From positions 248,001 to 312,000 of IMG/VR virus record IMGVR_UViG_3300027770_000025: a DNA stretch of 64,000 nt, one strand, 5' to 3'. The notes under the pieces were generated by a model, which saw only the letters and a program-made list of their open reading frames with translations, ran no database searches and was not told the origin of the DNA. The position numbers were made by a program, and so were the translations under genes. This document shows, piece after piece, positions 40,369-50,120 of this stretch (within the stretch, counting starts at the first letter, position 1; every line of letters starts with the position of its first letter).

Positions 40369-40647
40369 TTAACTATTTTCTATTTTGTCCCAATCTTTGC
40401 TTAATAGCATCGAATGAAAGCTATCATATTCGTTGGATTCGTTTCGGTAGGTAAATATTTCGTTATCTACAATGCTATTAGGTGTTTCTTTCTTCTGATT
40501 GATTATCTGTTGATTCTTCATATCCTGTAAATTTTGTCTATGAATCTCGTTTCCTGCCTCTATGCTGGAAAAATGTGAAAATTGTTTATTTGGCTTAAGT
40601 AAACCAAACTGTCTGAGTAGCTTTCTTCTCTCTCTTCTATTTTCCAT
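40369..40647 (-). CDS. Hypothetical protein (N-terminal NRRERR motif)
   Basis: ORF in a tightly packed run. Confidence 0.6.
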   Translation of the reverse strand: MENRRERRKLLRQFGLLKPNKQFSHFSSIEAGNEIHRQNLQDMKNQQIINQKKETPNSIVDNEIFTYRNESNEYDSFHSMLLSKDWDKIENS

Positions 40648-40663
40648 TTATAATTTATTTATT

Positions 40664-41251
40664 TTAGATATCTACGCTAAATCCTTTTGATTTACCAAAA
40701 GTTGAATCGTCTCTATTATAAAGATCCATGCCAACTACAAACTTAAAAAGTTTTAAAAATATTGCAGGGACAAATACGTCTTTTGCTTTAACCACGTCGT
40801 TAGCAGGAATGAAAATGAACTCTGATAATCTTTCCGATTCTGTCCCATCTGTCGTAGGAGTACCCCTTTCTATTCCAGTGACATCAACACCAAAGCAAGG
40901 ATGCTCCGCATCCACCATTTTAGAGGCCGTTACCGTGCCTAAAAAGTGCCACTTAGTGTTATCATCAATATCAAATCCTGACTCTTCTTTTAGCTCTCTT
41001 TTAGCTGTTTCTAGGAAGTCCGGATCTTCGTCTTCTGCGGTACCTGATATTAGGCTAATCGAATATCCACCTTCCCTAAAAGGATTTTTTTCTTTAAGAA
41101 CTCCTAGCATTAAGGGTAGTCCTTGATCGTCAGTAATAAAAGGTAAAATCACTACAGATTCTACTGTTGATCTTATTCCTATTTTACCGTCTATCTCAAC
41201 AACATCGAATCTTGGGGTTGTTAAAAGTATTTTTTCCTCAGGGTTATTCAT
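40664..41251 (-). CDS. NUDIX hydrolase
   Basis: Nudix box GTAEDEDPDFLETAKRELKEESGF. Confidence 0.85.
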   Translation of the reverse strand: MNNPEEKILLTTPRFDVVEIDGKIGIRSTVESVVILPFITDDQGLPLMLGVLKEKNPFREGGYSISLISGTAEDEDPDFLETAKRELKEESGFDIDDNTKWHFLGTVTASKMVDAEHPCFGVDVTGIERGTPTTDGTESERLSEFIFIPANDVVKAKDVFVPAIFLKLFKFVVGMDLYNRDDSTFGKSKGFSVDI

Positions 41252-41912
41252 TGTCAGTTTCTTTATTATTTGTTACTAATGTTCTTTTATCTGATGCTCC
41301 AGGAGAAGGAGATTTAGATTTTTCCACCTTTTCGTAATAAGACTTTTTAATAGAATCAGCCAGAGAAGCTTTAATATCCTCTATATCTACTCCATCTAAA
41401 ACAAAGTCTATAATTTCTCTTTCCGCATCTTCAAAAGAACCTGATAAAACTGTATAAAGATCCTTAGGAGGAAGATTCAATTTTATTTTAATTGAAACAT
41501 CAACCATGTTCTTTTTCTGTTTCTTCAGTAGCTTATATATCGGAGAATCGTTTTGTGAGATTTTAGAATCTTCGTATATGATGGATGTAACCGTTGTCTG
41601 CTCATTCGGTCTCGTATGAATCTGCTGATTATTAACGGGAATGACCTGTGCAAGTTGTGCGGGTAGCATAATCACATACTCATTAAGAAGCTCTGAATTT
41701 ATTCTTTTCCCGCTCTGAAATTCTATAAATGAAATATCTCCATTTAATACGATGTCCTTGTATTTTTCATCGATTCCAATGTCATCCCCTTTGATCCACT
41801 GGTAATCAAATGAGCTATAATGTGAGCGAGCATCATTTATTGTTTGTTCACTTATTTCCATTTTTTTCTTTTTTTTATTCCCCTTATTAAATAATGAAGA
41901 TAATATCCCCAT
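41244..41912 (-). CDS. Hypothetical protein
   Basis: ORF overlapping the NUDIX start by 8 nt. Confidence 0.65.
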   Translation of the reverse strand: MGILSSLFNKGNKKKKKMEISEQTINDARSHYSSFDYQWIKGDDIGIDEKYKDIVLNGDISFIEFQSGKRINSELLNEYVIMLPAQLAQVIPVNNQQIHTRPNEQTTVTSIIYEDSKISQNDSPIYKLLKKQKKNMVDVSIKIKLNLPPKDLYTVLSGSFEDAEREIIDFVLDGVDIEDIKASLADSIKKSYYEKVEKSKSPSPGASDKRTLVTNNKETDNE

Positions 41913-41916
41913 AGCT

Positions 41917-42186
41917 TTACTTTTTATCAGATTTTTTAGTAATTGTTTCTAAAGTACTTTGGTTATATAATTCACCGAGGGATCTTATGTTGCTATAAAG
42001 ATCTCCGGTGGTTATCCAGGAGGACTCACCTTTTTTACTTTTTCTCTTATCATATTTCCAGACCTCTATTATATTATCTAGATCCTTATCTGGATGCCGG
42101 GAATACTCTACCGCAGAATACCCTGGAATCTTACTTAAAGTAAGTCTTTCCCCATAGGGTAAAACAAAATTCTCATCTATCTCCAT
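41917..42186 (-). CDS. Hypothetical protein
   Basis: First ORF downstream of a GAAAC-N18-TACAAT element. Confidence 0.55.
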   Translation of the reverse strand: MEIDENFVLPYGERLTLSKIPGYSAVEYSRHPDKDLDNIIEVWKYDKRKSKKGESSWITTGDLYSNIRSLGELYNQSTLETITKKSDKK

Positions 42187-42191
42187 ACCTA

Positions 42192-42220
42192 ATTGTAGAA
42201 ATCAGAAGAGCCTTTGTTTC
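42192..42220 (-). promoter_or_regulatory. Putative promoter GAAAC-N18-TACAAT
   Basis: The same bipartite motif with identical spacing occurs at 62306-62334; both copies are intergenic and upstream of minus-strand genes. Confidence 0.45.
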
Positions 42221-42231
42221 GGTTTACGTAT

Positions 42232-43149
42232 TTATTCTTCTGGCATTTTTGCAGAGATCTCTTCAACTTTTCTTTTGTCGATGAATTCGGAAAGTAATGA
42301 AGCTATATTTTTTAGCATCTCTCTGTCTTGAGATCCTGAATCTACGGATCTTTTATAGTGGTTAAGTAAAGACTCCTCATCAGAATTGCTCTGTATATCC
42401 ATTGCTCTCCTAGTTAAATATTTAATATAAGGATCTGGATTTTTTACATCGCTAAAACCACAGGGAACTGTAATTATACCCATATCTTGAATTTTAAAAG
42501 AGGTTTTTTTATTTAGAGAATCGTTGTTTATATAAACACAAGGATGATGATCGCTAGAATTTAGATATATTTTAAATTCAGATAAAAGATCATCTTTAGA
42601 TCTCTTTGATATCTCGATAAGCATTCCATTATCTAGTGTAGCATCCCAAATATAATCACCGCAGGATTCAAATGATTCTATGGAACCAGGTATACCTATC
42701 AGATCCATAAGCAATTCTACATCGTCTTGTGCATTTTGTTTTATTCTATCTTGTCCTGTGGTTTTTGAATATTCTAAGTGATTTGCAAATTCCTCGATAA
42801 AGTCATCCATTCTTGATTTGTTATCTTCTTTTGATATCCACTTCTTATTCGGATCTAAGTCTAATTCTATTATAGCGCCATCAGCATCTTTTTTAAATGA
42901 AATTGCGTCATTGGGTATCCAAACGTGATCAGATTCTTTGCCATCTGAATCGACATAGCATATAGCTATAGATGTTCCATTTTTCTTAGGAATTATTATT
43001 TTATCTGAGGGTACTTCCTTTTCTCCAGCTGTTAAATCAATTGCGGATATAATATAACCACCGTCCCACGAATCTTTAATCCCGGGGATCTGGTAAGATT
43101 GACTCTCGTTAATTTTATTCTTCTGAAAATCTTTAAATCCTAATACCAT
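42232..43149 (-). CDS. Putative internal head protein (capsid-targeting-like N-terminus)
   Basis: Likely start ATG 43149: MVLGFKDFQKNKINES. Confidence 0.55.
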   Translation of the reverse strand: MVLGFKDFQKNKINESQSYQIPGIKDSWDGGYIISAIDLTAGEKEVPSDKIIIPKKNGTSIAICYVDSDGKESDHVWIPNDAISFKKDADGAIIELDLDPNKKWISKEDNKSRMDDFIEEFANHLEYSKTTGQDRIKQNAQDDVELLMDLIGIPGSIESFESCGDYIWDATLDNGMLIEISKRSKDDLLSEFKIYLNSSDHHPCVYINNDSLNKKTSFKIQDMGIITVPCGFSDVKNPDPYIKYLTRRAMDIQSNSDEESLLNHYKRSVDSGSQDREMLKNIASLLSEFIDKRKVEEISAKMPEE

Positions 43150-43153
43150 ATTA

Positions 43154-43594
43154 TTATACGTTATCGTTTCCAAAAGAAACCGTGATTTTAAAATTCTTTG
43201 GATCCGTAGATTTATTCATATCAATGGATAAATTACTGGGATAAGTAGGCATTACACTAGCAAGCTTTTCCACATTAAGTTGGCTATAATCTATTGTTTT
43301 GCCCGGTATCAAATCTATATCAAATTGTTTATGCTCGTTCGGATAATCATCCACGCTAAACTCTAGCTCTATTAGATCGATATTAAATACGAAATCATCA
43401 ATACCTGATTTTTTAATTATCAGATCAATGCTATATTCAATAAAAGCTTTAGAATCGTCAATGTCGCTATATTCCTCTGGTCTGTTAAAAAGATCGATTT
43501 CAATATATTTTAGTTCCGTGCCAAATGAGTAATCACCTCTAGAACTACCCTTCTTAGAAGAGCTAAATGCAGAATAGTCGTAAATTCTTCCCAC
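43154..43594 (-). CDS. Hypothetical late protein
   Basis: GTG start, GATATATA 19 nt upstream. Confidence 0.6.
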   Translation of the reverse strand: MGRIYDYSAFSSSKKGSSRGDYSFGTELKYIEIDLFNRPEEYSDIDDSKAFIEYSIDLIIKKSGIDDFVFNIDLIELEFSVDDYPNEHKQFDIDLIPGKTIDYSQLNVEKLASVMPTYPSNLSIDMNKSTDPKNFKITVSFGNDNV

Positions 43595-43613
43595 TTTTGT
43601 TAGATTTTTCTTC

Positions 43614-43653
43614 TATATATCCAATTTACTATTTTTAATAGCAGGAATATATA
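43614..43653. promoter_or_regulatory. Back-to-back putative late promoters (GATATATA minus 43614-43621; AATATATA plus 43646-43653)
   Basis: Motifs sit in the divergent intergenic gap. Confidence 0.55.
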
Positions 43654-43682
43654 ATTAAGTATACTAACTAAATAATAAGGGT

Positions 43683-44411
43683 ATGTCAAAGAGCATAAGT
43701 CCTATATGGTTCCTTAGAGAGCCTATAGATCCGGAGCACAAAGAGTATGTGCTATTAGATTACTTAAAAGAAACGAGTAAGGGGTTAAACAAGGAAAATT
43801 GTTACCCTATAATGAAAGAAATATCACGGATTGTAAAAATACTAAACGAATTTAGAAAGGATAAGATAATTAGTGAATCAGTCAAGAAGTCTCTAGGAAA
43901 AGAGGACAGAGAATATATCAATTCTTTTGTCCTTATTAATCTTCTACCAGAGCAAAGGGAAACACTAAATATTATAATAGAAGACTCACTGGATACATTA
44001 TATGATTATTCGGAGATATGTCTGGACATTTTAAAAGAAGAAGAATCTAAAATAAAAATATTTAGAATTCAATCAAAATTTGATGACGCGGATAATCTAG
44101 TAAATTCAGGGATAGTTATTATCAGAAATATGGTAACAGATAAACTACTTAATTATTTCTTTAAATCAAACGTTAGAATGGAAACGCCAGATGGAGAAAA
44201 GGAGGTTTCAATTTTAAAAAAAATACACCTAAAAAATTCATTCTTCTCATTGAACTATGAGTATATCTACCATGAGATACTAAATGAAATAAACACAGAT
44301 AATAAATACTCGCCTAAATTCTATGTTGTTGAAATATACGAGAACTTTGAAGAAACATCAGAGATCTATAAGTTAGCTAAAGAGAAATTCATAGAACATA
44401 TAGGGATATAA
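43683..44411 (+). CDS. Hypothetical protein (WFLREPIDPEHKEYVLLDYL)
   Basis: 242-aa plus-strand ORF with its own promoter motif and terminator. Confidence 0.75.
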   Translation: MSKSISPIWFLREPIDPEHKEYVLLDYLKETSKGLNKENCYPIMKEISRIVKILNEFRKDKIISESVKKSLGKEDREYINSFVLINLLPEQRETLNIIIEDSLDTLYDYSEICLDILKEEESKIKIFRIQSKFDDADNLVNSGIVIIRNMVTDKLLNYFFKSNVRMETPDGEKEVSILKKIHLKNSFFSLNYEYIYHEILNEINTDNKYSPKFYVVEIYENFEETSEIYKLAKEKFIEHIGI

Positions 44412-44418
44412 AGATCAC

Positions 44419-44444
44419 AAAAAAAGAGCCTATTGGCTCTTTTT
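44419..44444. terminator. Bidirectional intrinsic terminator
   Basis: aaaaagagcc-tatt-ggctcttttt between convergent genes. Confidence 0.85.
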
Positions 44445-44462
44445 ATTATAGAGTTATTCTTT

Positions 44463-44807
44463 TTAAAAATTATTTAGTCTTTTAATAAAAGAATTGTTAT
44501 CTAAAGACTCATTAGTATCCATATTAGCAATATTACCAAATCCTGCTACATCCATCATACCGGGTTTCCCGTTGAGATCTATTCTATAACCAGGTGAATC
44601 TATTTTAGATTGCTTAGCAAAAACTGCATCTGCATATCCTGCATAATCGTATGCTGGTTCTCTTTTTATTTCGGATTGTCCCGATTTTGAAGATATCTCT
44701 CCTGTCTGATTTTCACCAGAAAGAGGTTTGTATGTGTTATCATGCACTTTTGAAAGAAACTTCTTAAAATCTAAGATTTCCCTTTGTGTTACGTTTTGTA
44801 TATTCAT
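44463..44807 (-). CDS. Hypothetical protein, possible internal head protein
   Basis: ILDFKKF near the N-terminus and TNES near the C-terminus. Confidence 0.55.
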   Translation of the reverse strand: MNIQNVTQREILDFKKFLSKVHDNTYKPLSGENQTGEISSKSGQSEIKREPAYDYAGYADAVFAKQSKIDSPGYRIDLNGKPGMMDVAGFGNIANMDTNESLDNNSFIKRLNNF

Positions 44808-44824
44808 GTTTTTAGTTTTTAATA

Positions 44825-45487
44825 TTAAGCTTCTTTTTTTCCAGTCAAAGAATTCCAGAAAGTTGAAAGATAATCCATTGCTCCTTTATCAGAATTCGAT
44901 TGTGATGCAGAGCTAGGGTTTCCGTAGAATTGTGATGCCTTATCTCTTGCAATACTAGAAAGCTGATTTTTGTCGGTATCACTTAGTGATGCTAAAGCAT
45001 CTCTTCCGACAGATCCTTTTGCTCCTGGTCCTCCGAATGCTTCTATTAATGCGTTCTCAATTATAGCTTTTCCTTTTTCTGATTGTAATCCTTCTCTCAA
45101 TGTTGAGTAAAGCCATCCGGTAGGTTTTATACCCATTTGGGTAGCTAAACTATCCAAACCTTTTCTTTGTATAAACTCTTGTAAAGCTTTTGCCATTAGC
45201 GGAGCAAGATAATCAACGTTAGCTTTTTCCCCTGTTAATAATTCAGGGTAATCCTCAATCGGAATCTGATCTACAACTTCCTGTACTATAACGGACATAT
45301 TGGAGTTTTCTTCAACACCAATCTGTTCCATTAACTTAGCAGCAACCTTTTGCTTTATAGTTTTTCTTAGACCCTCTCCGGCAAATCCAAGTAAGCCATT
45401 AAAGAATCCGCCTAAATCGCTAAACTGGAATGATTCGTTTGTTTCTCCATCCGAAAATGAATCAAAATTTTTAATAATTCTAGACAT
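44825..45487 (-). CDS. Putative internal head protein
   Basis: MSRIIKNFDSFSDGETNES N-terminus; GATATATA at 45508-45515. Confidence 0.55.
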   Translation of the reverse strand: MSRIIKNFDSFSDGETNESFQFSDLGGFFNGLLGFAGEGLRKTIKQKVAAKLMEQIGVEENSNMSVIVQEVVDQIPIEDYPELLTGEKANVDYLAPLMAKALQEFIQRKGLDSLATQMGIKPTGWLYSTLREGLQSEKGKAIIENALIEAFGGPGAKGSVGRDALASLSDTDKNQLSSIARDKASQFYGNPSSASQSNSDKGAMDYLSTFWNSLTGKKEA

Positions 45488-45545
45488 CTATATTCTTTTA
45501 TTTTATCTATATATCCACAGAAGAATTATTAATCCAAGGGGTATG

Positions 45546-46952
45546 CTATATGTTGTCCAGAAAAAGATCCACAGCTTTTTGTCTGTATTTAAGCTTATCC
45601 TCCTTGATCTCTGGATTTTTTAATGCCTCTTTCTTCCTATTGACAACAGAGTCGGGAAGCATTGGTCCGAATGTGTCTTTTAGAATCTTTTTATCAGTTC
45701 TCCATTCGAGCGGAAGATGTAAAGCAAATCTAACTATATCAAGGTTTAAGAAGGGGCTTCTTAGCTCTAGAGTATGAGCCATAGACATCTTATCCAATCT
45801 AGGTAAATGATAATAAGACAGTTCATCAAATACATCAGATTGCTGGGAGTCATATTCATGTATTCTTGAATATCCTCCAAATAGCTCATCAGATCCATCA
45901 CCACTTAAAACTATTCTATAACCAGATTCTTTCTTAACTGCCTCAAATAAATGATACTGCGGGATCACTGATCCTAAATCCACCGGTGTTTCATTCCATA
46001 GCGTGTATATAAGAGCATTCTTACTTGAATCCATACTATAGTCTAGAAAATTGACAGAAGTGCTTAAATGTGCGCTTAAATCGTTTACAAACGGTGTTTC
46101 CCCATTCTCTATAGTAAACCACGTAACCTTGGCATTCATTTCTTTTAGTACCCCTGCTATAATCGAAGAATCAAGACCCCCTGATACCAAAAGTGATATT
46201 GGGTAGTTCTTAGAGACAAGTCTATTTTTTACGCTCTCAAACATCTTATCCCACAGCCAACTCATGTGTGTCTCGTAATCTGCACCTTCTAGTTCGGATA
46301 TTGGTGATTCCCATGTTCTGTAATAAGGACCATATGTTTGTTCAAATAGAGGAGACGCTATATTATAAAAATAAAACGTATTAGGTAGAATCCTTTTAAT
46401 CGATTTAATCGGTGTTCTGTTGTCCTTATTGTAACCCCATTTTCTGATAGCACTTATATAGGTTTCGTCTAGCTCATCCAATACAGTGGTAAGACCCTTG
46501 ATCTCCGAACAAATCTCACCAAGATCATTCTTATAAAGGCATTTCTTTCCCAATGGATCAGTAAATGCGATTACACTTCCTTTATTAGAATCGTATATTA
46601 CTACCGCCCAAAATCCATCCCATGTTTGTATATGGGGTAAATATGCAGCAGCAAAGAATTCTAGATTTCCCCCTTTATATCCGCTGAATAAACTGCATAA
46701 ATATTCCGTATCAGAAGAAAATGTATTCCTGTCATAATTAAATATTTCCCCATTGAACATCAAATACACCCCGGGAGAAACTTCTCTTGGCTGATTCCAT
46801 TCGTCACCATCGGATGTTTGTATAGGCAATCTATGATGACATAATGTAATCTTATCAAGTTCCTCTACAGATCTTTCAATTCCCCTATGTTTTATCGTAT
46901 CTAAAATTTCAGGATGTTTATCCGCTCTAGTTGTTAATAATATTCCGCACAT
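45546..46952 (-). CDS. asnB: Asparagine synthetase B-like glutamine amidotransferase
   Basis: MCGI N-terminal nucleophile, HRG, FNGEIFNY, SDTE, SGGLDSS, SGDGSDELFGGY and RSPFL motifs. Confidence 0.92.
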   Translation of the reverse strand: MCGILLTTRADKHPEILDTIKHRGIERSVEELDKITLCHHRLPIQTSDGDEWNQPREVSPGVYLMFNGEIFNYDRNTFSSDTEYLCSLFSGYKGGNLEFFAAAYLPHIQTWDGFWAVVIYDSNKGSVIAFTDPLGKKCLYKNDLGEICSEIKGLTTVLDELDETYISAIRKWGYNKDNRTPIKSIKRILPNTFYFYNIASPLFEQTYGPYYRTWESPISELEGADYETHMSWLWDKMFESVKNRLVSKNYPISLLVSGGLDSSIIAGVLKEMNAKVTWFTIENGETPFVNDLSAHLSTSVNFLDYSMDSSKNALIYTLWNETPVDLGSVIPQYHLFEAVKKESGYRIVLSGDGSDELFGGYSRIHEYDSQQSDVFDELSYYHLPRLDKMSMAHTLELRSPFLNLDIVRFALHLPLEWRTDKKILKDTFGPMLPDSVVNRKKEALKNPEIKEDKLKYRQKAVDLFLDNI

Positions 46953-46958
46953 GTTTTT

Positions 46959-47519
46959 TTAATTAAAAAGTATATCCTCAAACATTGAACTAATATTGCT
47001 CACTGATTGATCGTCAAATTTATTTGTAATTGTCCATATTTTATGAAGTCCAGCTTCCTGAAACATAGATATTACTTTCTCATAAGTGTCTCTTTCTCTT
47101 GTATCTCCATCAATGTGATCCCACTGATCTTTGCTTCTATCGGACTTATCCGGATTTTCACCATTTATATAGATTATAGTTATCTCGTCAAGAAGTGAGT
47201 ATTTCTTAACTATCCCTATTTGATCCCTAGCTTCGTCTTCTGTTATTCTACCCTCAAGCAATCCCCACACTAAGACAGTTAATATTCCTCTATCATGTAT
47301 GAATGATTCCCCGGGGATGTCCTTTGCTAACTGCATAAGCATAAACTCTTTACCTAATGAAAATGCATGTGCTTCTTTGCTATCCTCACTTTTTAGATTT
47401 AAGTCGGCAAAGAAATTGGCAAACTTAAACTGAAATCTTGGGATGCTAAAAGATTCTGAGATATATTCAGATAAAAATGTCTTGCCTGAATTTCTTGGGC
47501 CTTCGAATACGTATACCAT
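46959..47519 (-). CDS. P-loop nucleotide (dNMP/thymidylate kinase-like) kinase
   Basis: VFEGPRNSGKT Walker A and FIHDRG motif. Start moved to ATG 47519. Confidence 0.75.
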   Translation of the reverse strand: MVYVFEGPRNSGKTFLSEYISESFSIPRFQFKFANFFADLNLKSEDSKEAHAFSLGKEFMLMQLAKDIPGESFIHDRGILTVLVWGLLEGRITEDEARDQIGIVKKYSLLDEITIIYINGENPDKSDRSKDQWDHIDGDTRERDTYEKVISMFQEAGLHKIWTITNKFDDQSVSNISSMFEDILFN

Positions 47520-47561
47520 ATATTTCTTTTTATGGTGGAACATCGCACATGTTCCACCTAG

Positions 47562-47569
47562 CAAATATA
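47562..47569 (-). promoter_or_regulatory. Bacteroidota-type sigma70 -7 element TATATTTG
   Basis: Matches TAnnTTTG; lies after a terminator and upstream of kinase-asnB. No canonical -33 TTTG seen. Confidence 0.5.
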
Positions 47570-47593
47570 ATAAATTAGTACGGGGAAAGCACG

Positions 47594-47626
47594 AAAAACC
47601 CCGATCTTTATTAAAATCGGGGTTTT
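47594..47626 (-). terminator. Intrinsic terminator
   Basis: aaaaccccgat...atcggggtttt hairpin right after the 825-aa gene. Confidence 0.8.
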
Positions 47627-47628
47627 AT

Positions 47629-50106
47629 TTATTTTGCGTCAATGTTGACGCATTTAAAAGGTGATTGCTGGGGTATCTCATCGAATGAAGTTGAATTCAT
47701 TCTTTTAACGTGTGTTGCTATGCTAGGATAAATGTCAGCAGCTATATAATAGCAGTTATTACCTAGGATGTTTTTTATTCCACTATCAGACCCTTTCATG
47801 TTACTCAATGTACCAATTCCCTCAAGTGCAGATGACACCTGTCTTTTTGAAGTTGTTTTCCTTTTCTTAATATCATCATACTCACCTACAATGATTTTAG
47901 ATCCTTCATAAGTTAATAAAGGTCCGCTGTCCGAGTCATCTTCAGTTAGACCAAATATACTATCCTTAGATATTCTTTTAGCTGTAGAAGATCCTAAAAC
48001 ATTATCATTAATCCATTTTATACAGCTTACAAATTTGCTTCCATCGAAGGTAACACAGTTAGCTATCATTACGAGGAAGTTGTTGATAGCAACAAATTCT
48101 TCCTTACCTAAATCTGGGCTTCTGTCACTTTTTTGTAAAGCAATATTGAAAGCTCTAGATATATCGCTCTTAAGATTATCATAATCAATAAAAGGAATTT
48201 CTTTATTCTTGATAGACGATTCCATCATTTCAAAAGGTCCGGAAAGATCTAGATCATCATTATCTGAATTTTTATTAATTAATTGTTTTATACCATCATA
48301 TCTAAACTGGGGTCTAATCATACCAAATGTTGTCCAGCCTTTAAGATAATTTCTAAGAAATTCCGTTGCGTCTTCGTTACCTAGTGTTTTAATCTGTCTA
48401 GTCTCTGCCCATTTATTCCAGTTGCATGGGGTTTTTAATGACGATGACCCTAGGTTGATATTATAAACTGCACCTTTAGCAAAAAAGTATGAAAATTCTT
48501 CCGCTGGTTTAGCTTTATCTAAAGCTAAATTCCAATCTTTTATAAATTCTGTGCTGTAGGATGATTTAAGAGATCCGTCCTGCTTAACAAAATCCTCAGA
48601 CTCCACTTTTATATTATACTCAGATCTAAGCTTTTTAGCTAATCCCCGTACTCCTGACGCTGATTTTGCATCAGATGATCCAGATGATTTTTCTGGAGAT
48701 GCTATTGCTCCTTGAGCTTTGTATTGAACAGCTAGCTCCTTTTCGAAGTCAGAATTGTTGATAATAATTTTACCCTCATTAACACTAGAGAATAATTCAG
48801 AAATACTTTTAACATATCCTGAATTAGATGTGCTCTCATGCATTTTTGTTCCTATCATGTGCAAAGCTGCATTAATGGCTTTCCTATTCTTAGCTGAAAC
48901 CCAATCAGAAGCAATTATATCAGTTAACAATGCTTGGTCTATCTGACCACTTGCATTTTTATTACCTGATAATTTTTGGATAGTTGAGATAACAGAAGTT
49001 GTAGCTGGGCCATATTTTCCATTAGGACCTCCTTTAGATTTTATCAGCTTACCTGCAGAAGTTATACCGTCACAAAGTGCAGTTTGAATAGCAAAGATTA
49101 ATCCGCTTCCTTTTATCTTCTTATCAGAATCTGAATCCCCTCTTTTTAAAGGAAAAATAGCTTTAGCAGTTTCTACTTCTTTAACCTCATTTTCATCCTT
49201 GATAACCCTAACCGCTATTCCATACTGTGTCTTTGCTCTAGTCATAAGATCTAGTGCTTGACTAACTAAATTAGTAACATCAGAATATGTTGTATAAACT
49301 TCTTCATCATCCTCTAATTTTTGTAAAGACCTATTTGCTGTTTGGATCATAGTGTTGTTAAATTCTTCTTGAAATTTATCAACTTGCTTTTCTAATTCTT
49401 CAAGCATTTTTCTATCCTTGTCGCCACCATCTGTATTATCTAAAGTCTTTCTCTTCTCGTCAAGATCTAAAAATGTTCTTTTCCAATCCCTTCCGTATCC
49501 TGATTTTTGATCTTTACCCTCAGAAGAACTTATTAAATTAGTAAGTAATTTTTTTAGATTATCAACTCTTCTTTTATACCCAGTGAAAATAGATTCATTT
49601 AGTATATCATCAAATTCAAATCCTTCGCTGTCATTTAGCTTTTCAGCTTCTTCTTCTGCTTGTTTAGCTATATTGTCTATCGAATTCTGAAGTTTAGTTG
49701 TAGCCATCTTAAACTGCTTAAATATAACATCATCTTTAGATTTAGAAATTTCCGAAGTCCTATCAAGTGCTTCAGCAAATTTATATAAGCTCTCTAGATA
49801 CAGTCTTTTAGCTTCAGCATATTTAGAATTTGCTAGATCATTATCGTCTGCGTAGTCGATCAATTTAGCGGTTAAAGATTTTACAGTTTTAGAACTTGCA
49901 ACATCAGAAAGCTTAAGTCTAATAACATCGGGATTTCTATCTCTCTTAGGAGCTAGGTCAAAGGTTAATATCTTGAAAGCATTCAAAGCATTATCGCAAA
50001 CCTTAACAAGCAAAGAATCTACTTGTTCATTTTCTAATAGCTTACTATAATACCCTTCTAATAGCTGTTTAGCTACCTGATTGTGAATATATGGATTATT
50101 GTTCAT
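47629..50106 (-). CDS. Putative internal virion protein with coiled coil and peptidoglycan-binding-like domain
   Basis: PLKRGD...IQTAL...GKYGPATTSVISTIQKLSG...SGQID resembles PG_binding_1; several LLE/LNE/VNE sites. Confidence 0.55.
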   Translation of the reverse strand: MNNNPYIHNQVAKQLLEGYYSKLLENEQVDSLLVKVCDNALNAFKILTFDLAPKRDRNPDVIRLKLSDVASSKTVKSLTAKLIDYADDNDLANSKYAEAKRLYLESLYKFAEALDRTSEISKSKDDVIFKQFKMATTKLQNSIDNIAKQAEEEAEKLNDSEGFEFDDILNESIFTGYKRRVDNLKKLLTNLISSSEGKDQKSGYGRDWKRTFLDLDEKRKTLDNTDGGDKDRKMLEELEKQVDKFQEEFNNTMIQTANRSLQKLEDDEEVYTTYSDVTNLVSQALDLMTRAKTQYGIAVRVIKDENEVKEVETAKAIFPLKRGDSDSDKKIKGSGLIFAIQTALCDGITSAGKLIKSKGGPNGKYGPATTSVISTIQKLSGNKNASGQIDQALLTDIIASDWVSAKNRKAINAALHMIGTKMHESTSNSGYVKSISELFSSVNEGKIIINNSDFEKELAVQYKAQGAIASPEKSSGSSDAKSASGVRGLAKKLRSEYNIKVESEDFVKQDGSLKSSYSTEFIKDWNLALDKAKPAEEFSYFFAKGAVYNINLGSSSLKTPCNWNKWAETRQIKTLGNEDATEFLRNYLKGWTTFGMIRPQFRYDGIKQLINKNSDNDDLDLSGPFEMMESSIKNKEIPFIDYDNLKSDISRAFNIALQKSDRSPDLGKEEFVAINNFLVMIANCVTFDGSKFVSCIKWINDNVLGSSTAKRISKDSIFGLTEDDSDSGPLLTYEGSKIIVGEYDDIKKRKTTSKRQVSSALEGIGTLSNMKGSDSGIKNILGNNCYYIAADIYPSIATHVKRMNSTSFDEIPQQSPFKCVNIDAK

Positions 50107-50120
50107 AATTTATTAATCTT

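Noticed and set aside
47534-47558. parS site
   Set aside because: The arms resemble TGTTCCAC/GTGGAACA half-sites but are in the opposite order and separated, so it is not the 16-bp parS palindrome.
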